Shown here piece by piece: positions 21,376-28,960 of a DNA stretch of 28,960 nucleotides. Position 1 is the first letter of the stretch. The number at the start of each line of letters is the position of its first letter. The position numbers were made by a program, and so were the translations under genes. The notes beneath the pieces were generated by a model. It was not told the DNA's origin. It searched no databases and saw only the letters and a list, made by a program, of their open reading frames with translations. Source of the DNA: a virus (Duplodnaviria; Heunggongvirae; Uroviricota; Caudoviricetes). The stretch lies in IMG/VR virus record IMGVR_UViG_2693429733_000004, positions 1-28,960 of that record; one strand, written 5' to 3'.

Positions 21376-22119
21376 ATGACACAGACTGAATCAGCGATTC
21401 TGGCACATGCCCGGCGGTGTGCGCCTGCGGAGTCGTGCGGCTTCGTGATAAGCACGCCGGAGGGGGAGCGGTATATCCCTTGTGTGAATATTTCCGCAGA
21501 GCCGGAGGCGTATTTTCGTATCGCACCGGAAGACTGGCTGCGGGCAGAGATGCAGGGGGAGATTGTGGCACTGGTCCACAGTCATCCCGGTGGGCTGCCC
21601 TGGCTGAGCGAGGCTGACCGGCGGTTGCAGATAAAAAGCGCACTGCCCTGGTGGTTGGTCTGCCGGGGTGACATTCACAAATTCCGCTGTGTGCCACATC
21701 TGACAGGACGGCGCTTTGAGCACGGGGTGACGGACTGTTACACGCTGTTCCGGGATGCTTATCATCTGGCGGGGACTGAAATGCCGGATTTTCATCGCGA
21801 GGATGACTGGTGGCGCAACGGTCAGAACCTTTACCTGGATAATATGGCGGTCACCGGCTTTTACCGGGTGCCCCTGTCCTCTGCACAGGCGGGCGATATT
21901 CTGCTGTGCTGCTTTGGTGCTTCGGTACCGAACCATGCCGCCATTTACTGCGGCAACGGTGAGCTGCTTCACCATCTGCCTGAACAACTGAGTAAACGGG
22001 AGAGGTATTCCGAAAAATGGCAACGACGAACGCATTCAGTCTGGCGTCACCGCCACTGGCACGCATCTGCCTTCACGGGGATTTACAACGATTTGGCCGC
22101 CGCCTCAGCCTGTATGTGA
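21376..22119 (+). CDS. K: Tail tip assembly protein gpK (247-codon ORF; MPN/JAMM domain plus NlpC/P60 domain)
   Basis: ATG 21376 ten nt after L stop; JAMM motif HSHPGGLPWLSEAD (HxHx7Sx2D) and catalytic-type Cys in GVTDCYTLF; overlaps I by ~100 nt as in lambda; the classical 199-aa lambda start corresponds to an Ile codon here. Confidence 0.85.
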   Translation: MTQTESAILAHARRCAPAESCGFVISTPEGERYIPCVNISAEPEAYFRIAPEDWLRAEMQGEIVALVHSHPGGLPWLSEADRRLQIKSALPWWLVCRGDIHKFRCVPHLTGRRFEHGVTDCYTLFRDAYHLAGTEMPDFHREDDWWRNGQNLYLDNMAVTGFYRVPLSSAQAGDILLCCFGASVPNHAAIYCGNGELLHHLPEQLSKRERYSEKWQRRTHSVWRHRHWHASAFTGIYNDLAAASACM

Positions 22120-22697
22120 ACACGGCAGCGGAAGCCATTCGCGCCCTGTCGATGCAGATGCCGGGCTTTCGCCGTCAGATGAACGAAGGCTGGTACCAGA
22201 TACGTATTGCCGGTTATGACACGGCACCGGAGGCGGTGTACGCCCGTCTTCACGAACAGCTGGGTGAGGGAACGGTCATCCACATTGTGCCGCGACTGGC
22301 CGGGGCCGGAAAGGGTGGACTGCAGATTGTGCTGGGGGCGGCAGCCATCGTGGGCTCTTTCTTCACTGCCGGGGCATCAATGGCGTTATGGGGTTCAGCC
22401 CTGGCAGCCGGTGGTTTTTCTGCCACCACGATGCTGTTTTCACTTGGAGCCAGCATGATTCTGGGCGGTGTGGCCCAGATGCTGGCCCCGAAGGCAAAAA
22501 CACCGGATTACCGCGCAACGGATAACGGCAGACAGAACACGTACTTTTCCTCACTGGATAACATGATTGCCCAGGGGAACCCGATGCCGGTGCCTTACGG
22601 GGAAATGCTGGTTGGCTCCCGCCGTATATCCCAGGACATCAGCACCCGTGATGAAGGCGGGGGCGGAAAGGTCGTGGTTATCGGGCGGCAGGGGTAA
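22017..22697 (+). CDS. I: Tail tip assembly protein gpI (226 aa)
   Basis: MATTNAFSLASPPLARICLHGDLQRFGRRLSLYVNTAAEAIRAL… ; Gly/Ala-rich hydrophobic central stretch. Confidence 0.85.
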   Translation: MATTNAFSLASPPLARICLHGDLQRFGRRLSLYVNTAAEAIRALSMQMPGFRRQMNEGWYQIRIAGYDTAPEAVYARLHEQLGEGTVIHIVPRLAGAGKGGLQIVLGAAAIVGSFFTAGASMALWGSALAAGGFSATTMLFSLGASMILGGVAQMLAPKAKTPDYRATDNGRQNTYFSSLDNMIAQGNPMPVPYGEMLVGSRRISQDISTRDEGGGGKVVVIGRQG

Positions 22698-22743
22698 AAA
22701 GAATAAAAAAATCCCGCAGTGATCGCGGACAGGAACTGCGGGA
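22695..22743 (-). terminator. Rho-independent terminator on - strand (8-bp stem TCCCGCAG/CTGCGGGA then U-tract)
   Basis: - strand reads tcccgcagttcctgtccgcgatcactgcggga then TTTTTTTATTCTTTTT; on + strand the A-tract precedes the stem, so it is orientation-specific for the - strand. Confidence 0.5.
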
Positions 22744-22801
22744 GAGTTACGAAGATTAAGTGTAAGGAATTATTCTTATATCACGACAAAAAAATTAACG
22801 C
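22700..22801 (-). ncRNA. Candidate ~100-nt small RNA in the I-J intergenic insert (promoter to terminator, no ORF)
   Basis: Bounded by predicted sigma70 promoter (22808..22835) and terminator (22695..22743) on - strand; no ATG in the transcript; AU-rich body; not matched to any known sRNA. Confidence 0.3.
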
Positions 22802-22807
22802 AGAGAA

Positions 22808-22835
22808 ATTATACGCGCCACAGTCAGTTTGTGAA
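22808..22835 (-). promoter_or_regulatory. Predicted sigma70 promoter on - strand: -35 TTCACA, 16-bp spacer, -10 TATAAT
   Basis: - strand sequence ttcaca-aactgactgtggcgcg-tataat-ttctctG; perfect -10 hexamer, 5/6 match at -35. Confidence 0.4.
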
Positions 22836-22895
22836 AATGTGAAGATATTCAGAATTTTTATGCCATTACCGGTTTTAACCAACAGGATTATCGGT

Positions 22896-22943
22896 GGGCA
22901 TGAAAGAAAACCCCGGTATCTGCTGATACCGGGGTTTCTCTTT
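22896..22943. terminator. Strong hairpin (13-bp perfect stem AAACCCCGGTATC/GATACCGGGGTTT, 4-nt loop) flanked by T-rich runs on both strands; likely bidirectional terminator
   Basis: Stem 22908..22920 / 22925..22937; followed by TTTCTCTTT on + strand and TTTTCTTTC on - strand. Confidence 0.5.
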
Positions 22944-23040
22944 AGCATGGCAGAAATGTGTTTCATGCTTTTCGGGCGAAGGATATCCGACTTCTGTACG
23001 GAATGGCAAGTGGCGGTTAATTTATTCAGGGGAAGGCTGT

Positions 23041-26000
23041 ATGGGAAAAGGTGGCGGTAAGGCACACACGCCTCGTGAGGCGAAGGATAATCTCAAATCC
23101 ACGCAGATGATGAGCGTGATTGATGCGATTGGTGAGGGACCGATAGAAGGTCCGGTGAAGGGACTGCAGAGTATCCTGGTGAACAAAACCCCGCTGACGG
23201 ACACGGACGGTAATCCCGTGATACACGGTGTGACGGCGGTCTGACGCGCCGGGGAGCAGGAGCAGACACCACCGGAAGGCTTTGAGTCCTCCGGTGCTGA
23301 AACCGGACTGGGCGTGGAAGTGACGAAGGCAAAACCGGTGACGCGCACCATTACGTCCGCGAACATTGACCGCCTGCGGGTTACCTTCGGGGTGCAGTCA
23401 CTGGTGCAGACCACGTCAAAGGGTGACCGAAACCCGACATCCGTCCGCCTGCTGATTCAGTTACAGCGTAACGGTAACTGGGTGACAGAAAAGGATGTCA
23501 CCATTAACGGCAAGACCACCTCGCAGTTTCTGGCGTCGGTGATTCTGGATAATCTGCCTCCCCGTCCTTTTAACATCCGGATGGTCCGGGAGACAGCGGA
23601 CAGCACCACGGACCAGCTGCAGAATAAGACGCTGTGGTCGTCATACACCGAAATCATCGATGTGAAACAGTGCTACCCGAACACGGCCATTGTGGGGCTG
23701 CAGGTGGATGCGGAGCAGTTCGGCGGCCAGCAGATGACGGTGAACTACCATATCCGCGGTCGCATCATCCAGGTGCCGTCAAACTATGACCCGGAAAAAC
23801 GCACGTACAGTGGTATCTGGGACGGCAGCCTGAAACCGGCATACAGCAACAATCCGGCCTGGTGTCTGTGGGACATGCTGACTCACCCGCGCTACGGCAT
23901 GGGAAAACGTCTGGGGGCGGCGGATGTGGACAAGTGGGCGCTGTATGCCATCGGGCAGTACTGCGACCAGACGGTCCCGGATGGTTTCGGGGAGACCGAG
24001 CCGCGGATGACCTTCAATGCGTACCTGGCACAACAGCGTAAGGCATGGGACGTGCTCAGTGATTTCTGCTCGGCGATGCGCTGTATGCCGGTATGGAACG
24101 GCCAGACGCTGACGTTTGTTCAGGACCGCCCGTCGGATGTGGTGTGGCCGTACACCAACAGCGATGTGGTGGTGGATGATAACGGCGTGGGTTTCCGCTA
24201 CAGCTTCAGTGCCCTGAAGGACCGGCACACGGCGGTGGAGGTGAATTATACCGACCCGCAGAACGGCTGGCAGACCTCCACGGAACTGGTGGAAGACCCG
24301 GAAGCCATACTGCGCTACGGACGCAACCTGCTGAAGATGGACGCGTTCGGCTGTACCAGCCGCGGTCAGGCCCACCGTGCCGGACTGTGGGTGATAAAGA
24401 CCGAACTGCTGGAAACGCAGACGGTGGATTTCACGCTCGGGTCTCAGGGGCTGCGGCACACACCCGGTGACATCATTGAAATCTGTGATAACGACTATGC
24501 CGGGACCCTGACCGGCGGACGTGTCCTGTCCATTGATGCTGCCACCCGCACTCTGACGCTGGACCGTGAAGTGACACTTCCGGAGACCGGTGCCGCCACG
24601 GTGAACCTGATTAACGGCAGCGGTAAGCCGGTGAGTGTGGACATCACCGAACACCCCGCGCCGGACCGGATACAGGTCAGTACCCTGCCTGATGGTGTGG
24701 AGACATACGGGGTGTGGGGACTCTCCCTGCCGTCACTGCGCCGTCGCCTGTTCCGCTGTGTCTCCGTCCGGGAAAACACGGACGGCACCTTTGCCATCAC
24801 GGCGGTGCAGCACGTACTGGAAAAAGAAGCCATCGTGGATAACGGTGCCCGCTTTGAGCCGCAGTCAGGTTCCCTGAACAGCGTCATCCCACCGGCAGTG
24901 CAGCACCTGACGGCCAGTATCTGGCGCAGGCGAAATGGGACACGCCGCGGGTGGTGAAGGGTGTGCGCTTCAGTCTGCGCCTGACCAGTGGTAAGGGAAC
25001 GGATGCCAGACTGGTGACCACCGCCATCACCGCAGACACGGAGCACCGTTTCAGCGGCCTGCCGCTCGGGGAATACACCCTGACGGTGCGGGCGATAAAC
25101 AGCTATGGCCAGCAGGGTGAACCTGCCACCACCACCTTCCGGATTGCCGCACCGGCAGCACCGTCGCGGATTGAGCTGACGCCGGGCTATTTTCAGATAA
25201 CCGCAACGCCGCATCTTGCCGTTTATGACCCGACGGTACAGTTTGAGTTCTGGTTCTCGGAAAAGCGGATTGCGGATATCAGGCAGGTTGAAACCAGCGC
25301 CCGCTATCTTGGCACGGCGCTGTACTGGATAGCCGCCAGTATCAATATCAAACCGGGCCATGATTATTATTTTTACGTTCGCAGTGTGAACACCGTTGGC
25401 AAATCGGCATTCGTGGAGGCTGTCGGTCGGGCGAGCGATGATGCGGAAGGTTACCTGGATTTTTTCAAAGGAGAGATAGGGAAAACACATCTGGCTCAGG
25501 AGCTGTGGACGCAGATTGATAACGGTCAGCTTGCGCCTGACCTGGCTGAAATCAGGACGTCCATTACGGATGTCAGCAATGAAATCACGCAGACTGTCAA
25601 TAAGAAACTGAAAGACCAGAGTGCGGCAATCCAGCAGATACAGAAGGTTCAGGTTGATACAAATAATAATCTGAACAGCATGTGGGCTGTGAAGCTGCAA
25701 CAGATGAAGGACGGACGCCTTTATATTGCGGGTATCGGTGCCGGTATTGAGAATACGCCAGCAGGAATGCAGAGTCAGGTGCTGCTGGCGGCAGACAGGA
25801 TTGCGATGATTAATCCTGCGAATGGCAACACAAAGCCGATGTTTGTTGGTCAGGGCGATCAGATATTCATGAACGACGTGTTCCTGAAACGCCTGACGGC
25901 TCCCACCATTACCAGCGGCGGTAATCCTCCGGCATTTTCCCTGACACCGGACGGAAAACTGACCGCTAAAAATGCAGATATCAGTGGCAGTGTGAATGCG

Positions 26001-26492
26001 AACGCCGGGACGCTCAACAATGTCACAATTAATGAGAACTGTCAGATTAAGGGGAAACTGTCAGCCAACCAGATTGAAGGCGATATAGTCAAAACAGTGG
26101 GTAAGGCTTTTCCGCGGGACTCCCGGGCACCGGAGCGGTGGCCATCAGGGACCATTACCGTCAGGATTTATGACGATCAGCCTTTTGACAGGCAAATTGT
26201 TATTCCGGCGGTGGCATTCAGCGGCGCTAAACATGAGCGGGAGAATAACGATATTTATTCGTCATGCCGCCTGATAGTACGGAAAAACGGTGCTGAAATT
26301 TATAACCGTACCGCGCTGGATAATACGCTGATTTACAGTGGTGTTATTGATATGCCAGCTGGTCGCGGCCACATGACGCTGGAGTTTTCGGTGTCAGCAT
26401 GGCTGGTGAATAACTGGTATCCCACAGCAAGTATCAGCGATTTGCTGGTTGTGGTGATGAAGAAAGCCACCGCAGGCATCAGTATCAGCTGA
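23041..26492 (+). pseudogene. J: Tail fibre / host specificity protein gpJ, disrupted (in-frame TGA at 23242..23244; frameshift near 24915..24920)
   Basis: N-terminus MGKGGGKAHTPREAKDNLKSTQMMSVIDAIGEGPIEGP… then TGA, same frame continues RAGEQEQTPPEGFESSG… to 24957; C-terminal ~520 codons in another frame (opens 24858, ends 26492); total span ~1150 codons, the size of an intact J. Confidence 0.8.
25141..26050 (+). repeat. Direct repeat copy 1 (~0.9 kb, ~95-97% identical by eye to 27891..28800) inside J copy B
   Basis: Long identical runs e.g. gattgagctgacgccgggctattttcagataaccgc… and …gatcagatattcatgaacgacgtgttcctgaaacgcctgacgg… present at both loci. Confidence 0.85.
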
Positions 26493-26510
26493 ATTTTATA
26501 ACCCATATAC

Positions 26511-26536
26511 GGGCGCCAGAAATGGCGCCTTTTTTA
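26511..26536 (+). terminator. Rho-independent terminator downstream of J (GGCGCC stem, 6-nt loop, TTTTTTA)
   Basis: gggcgcc-agaaat-ggcgcc followed by tttttta directly after the J stop. Confidence 0.6.
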
Positions 26537-26559
26537 TTGCAGAAAAGCGAGAGGTAATT

Positions 26560-28960
26560 ATGCGTAAAGTTTGTGCAGCCATTTTGTCCGCAGCCATCTG
26601 TCTGTCCGTATCCGGTGCAGGCATGGGGAAACGTCTTGGTGCGGCAGATGTGGATAAATGGGCGCTGTATGTCATCGGCCAGTACTGTGACCAGTCGGTG
26701 CCGGACGGCTTTGGCAGCACGGAGCCGCGCATCACCTGTAATGCCTGGCTGACCACACAGCGCAAGGCGTGGGATGTGCTCAGTGATTTCTGCTCGGCGA
26801 TGCGCTGTATGCCGGTATGGAACGGGCAGACGCTGACGTTCGTGCAGGACCGACAGTCGGATAAGGTGTGGGCCTATAACCGCAGTAATGTGGTGATGCC
26901 GGATGATGGCGCGCCGTTCCGCTACAGTTTCAGCGCCCTGAAAGACCGCCATAATGCCGTTGAGGTGAACTGGATTGACCCGGATAACGGCTGGGAGACG
27001 GCGACAGAGCTTGTGGAGGATACGCAGGCCATTGCCCGTTACGGTCGTAACGTCACGAAAATGGATGCCTTTGGCTGTACCAGCCGGGGGCAGGCACACC
27101 GCGCCGGGCTGTGGCTGATTAAAACGGAACTGCTGGAGACGCAGACCGTGGATTTCAGCGTGGGTGCTGAAGGGCTTCGTCATGTACCGGGCGATGTCAT
27201 TGAAATCTGCGATGATGACTATGCCGGTATCCGCACCGGCGGGCGCGTGCTGGCGGTGAACAGCCAGACCCGGACGCTGACGCTCGACCGTGAAATCACG
27301 CTGCCATCCTCCGGCACCACGCTGATAAGCCTGGTTGACGGGCAGGGGAATCCGGTCAGCGTGGAGGTCCAGTCCGTCACCGACGGCGTGAAGGTAAAAG
27401 TGAGCCGTGTTCCTGACGGTGTTGCTGAATACAGCGTGTGGGGGCTGAAGCTGCCGACGCTGCGCCAGCGCCTGTTCCGCTGCGTGAGTATCCGTGAGAA
27501 CGACGACGGCACGTATGCCATCACCGCCGTGCAGCATGTGCCGGAAAAAGAAGCCATCGTGGATAACGGGGCGCACTTTGACGGCGACCAGAGCGGCACG
27601 GTGAATGGTGTCACGCCGCCAGCGGTGCAGCACCTGACTGCCGAAGTCACCGCAGACAGCGGGGAATATCAGGTGCTGGCGCGCTGGGACACGCCGAAGG
27701 TGGTGAAGGGCGTGAGCTTCCTGCTCCGTCTGACCGTAACAGCGGATGACGGCAGTGAGCGGCTGGTCAGCACGGCCCGGACGACGGAAACCACTTACCG
27801 CTTCACACAACTGGCGCTGGGGAACTACAGGCTGACAGTCCGGGCAGTAAATGCGTGGGGGCAGCAGGGCGATCCGGCGTCGGTATCGTTCCGGATTGCC
27901 GCACCGGCAGCGCTGTCGCGGATTGAGCTGACGCCGGGCTATTTTCAGATAACCGCCACGCCGCATCTTGCGGTTTATGATCCGACGGTACAGTTTGAGT
28001 TCTGGTTCTCGGAAAAGCGGATTGCGGATATCAGGCAGGTTGAAACCACAGCACGCTATCTTGGCACGGCGCTGTACTGGATAGCCGCCAGTATCAATAT
28101 CAAACCGGGCCATGATTATTACTTTTATATCCGCAGTGTGAACACCGTTGGCAAATCGGCATTCGTGGAGGCTGTTGGTCAGCCGAGTGATGATGCATCC
28201 GGTTATCTGGATTTTTTCAAAGGCGAGATAGGGAAAACCCATCTGGCTCAGGAGCTGTGGACGCAGATTGATAACGGTCAGCTTGCGCCTGACCTGGCTG
28301 AAATCAGGACGTCCATTACGGATGTCAGCAATGAAATCACGCAGACTGTCAATAAGAAACTGAAAGACCAGAGTGCGGCAATCCAGCAGATACAGAAGGT
28401 TCAGGTTGATACAAATAATAACCTGAACAGCATGTGGGCTGTGAAGCTGCAGCAGATGCAGGACGGACGCCTTTATATCGCGGGTATTGGTGCCGGTATT
28501 GAGAACACCCCTGACGGCATGCAGAGTCAGGTGCTGCTGGCGGCGGACAGGATTGCGATGGTTAATCCTGCGAATGGCAACACAAAACCGATGTTTGTTG
28601 GTCAGGGCGATCAGATATTCATGAACGACGTGTTCCTGAAACGCCTGACGGCCCCCACCATTACCAGCGGTGGAAATCCATCGGCATTTTCCCTGACTCC
28701 GGACGGAAAGCTGACCGCTAAAAATGCGGATATCAGTGGCAGTGTGAATGCGAACGCCGGGACGCTCAACAATGTCACGGTAAATGAAAACTGTACGATT
28801 AAGGGCATGCTGGAGGCGACTCAGGTCAGAGGTGACTTCGTTAAAGCTGTATCCAAATCATTTCCGAAACAGGCTGGTACGTGGGGTAACACGGAAACAC
28901 CAAACGGGACGGTTACAGTCACCATAAGCGATGATCATAACTTTGACCGCCAGATTATTA
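26560..28960 (+). CDS. Chimeric ORF: lom 5' end (first ~20 codons, signal peptide) fused in frame to gpJ from about codon 290 onward; partial, runs off window end
   Basis: GAGAGG SD then ATG 26560; [20 protein letters not shown] (Lom-type signal peptide) immediately followed by [32 protein letters not shown]… (internal J sequence, parallel to 23896 onward in J copy B); frame open to position 28960; not in ORF track because no stop in window. Confidence 0.75.
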   Translation, partial: MRKVCAAILSAAICLSVSGAGMGKRLGAADVDKWALYVIGQYCDQSVPDGFGSTEPRITCNAWLTTQRKAWDVLSDFCSAMRCMPVWNGQTLTFVQDRQSDKVWAYNRSNVVMPDDGAPFRYSFSALKDRHNAVEVNWIDPDNGWETATELVEDTQAIARYGRNVTKMDAFGCTSRGQAHRAGLWLIKTELLETQTVDFSVGAEGLRHVPGDVIEICDDDYAGIRTGGRVLAVNSQTRTLTLDREITLPSSGTTLISLVDGQGNPVSVEVQSVTDGVKVKVSRVPDGVAEYSVWGLKLPTLRQRLFRCVSIRENDDGTYAITAVQHVPEKEAIVDNGAHFDGDQSGTVNGVTPPAVQHLTAEVTADSGEYQVLARWDTPKVVKGVSFLLRLTVTADDGSERLVSTARTTETTYRFTQLALGNYRLTVRAVNAWGQQGDPASVSFRIAAPAALSRIELTPGYFQITATPHLAVYDPTVQFEFWFSEKRIADIRQVETTARYLGTALYWIAASINIKPGHDYYFYIRSVNTVGKSAFVEAVGQPSDDASGYLDFFKGEIGKTHLAQELWTQIDNGQLAPDLAEIRTSITDVSNEITQTVNKKLKDQSAAIQQIQKVQVDTNNNLNSMWAVKLQQMQDGRLYIAGIGAGIENTPDGMQSQVLLAADRIAMVNPANGNTKPMFVGQGDQIFMNDVFLKRLTAPTITSGGNPSAFSLTPDGKLTAKNADISGSVNANAGTLNNVTVNENCTIKGMLEATQVRGDFVKAVSKSFPKQAGTWGNTETPNGTVTVTISDDHNFDRQII
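27891..28800 (+). repeat. Direct repeat copy 2 (pairs with 25141..26050) inside the lom'::J' ORF
   Basis: See copy 1; the flanking J sequence on either side is much more diverged (~80% or less). Confidence 0.85.

Noticed and set aside
21115-22119. 334-aa version of the K ORF starting at 21115
   Set aside because: The upstream extension overlaps the 3' end of L in another frame; ATG 21376, just after the L stop, is the plausible start, giving a 247-codon K.
22719-23065. Predicted ORFs in the I-J intergenic insert (113 aa on + strand 22719..23060; 94 aa on - strand 22781..23065)
   Set aside because: Both run straight through the strong hairpins and T-tracts, overlap the J start, and lack convincing ribosome-binding sites; a non-coding interpretation fits the signals better.
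23242-23244. In-frame TGA in J as selenocysteine or other programmed recoding
   Set aside because: No SECIS-like element recognised and no precedent in this gene family; a nonsense mutation or sequencing error is far more likely.

Overview
This window is the late (packaging, head, tail) region of a lambda-like prophage, almost entirely on the + strand. It starts with a low-GC two-gene moron on the - strand (202..903), then a cos site (~960..1290), then lambda-type genes nu1, A, W, B, C/nu3, D, E, FI, FII, Z, U, V, G/GT, H, M. The architecture then departs from canonical lambda: L is truncated at ~15047 and fused to the 3' end of a second, diverged FII, followed by a complete second tail module (Z, U, V, G/GT, H, M, L, K, I) at roughly 80-90% nucleotide identity by eye. 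After I there is a 343-bp AT-rich insert that looks like a small antisense transcription unit (candidate sRNA). The following J gene is broken by an in-frame TGA and a frameshift, and downstream a lom signal-peptide start is fused in frame to an internal point of another J copy that runs off the window. Gene C is also split into two frames, and the cosN 12-mer differs from lambda's. I see no CRISPR array, tRNA, integrase or defence-type gene cluster; what is unusual here is structural (a mosaic, probably tail-defective prophage with two recombination joints) plus the candidate sRNA. All homology statements rest on reading the translations and on recalled lambda sequences, not on database searches.
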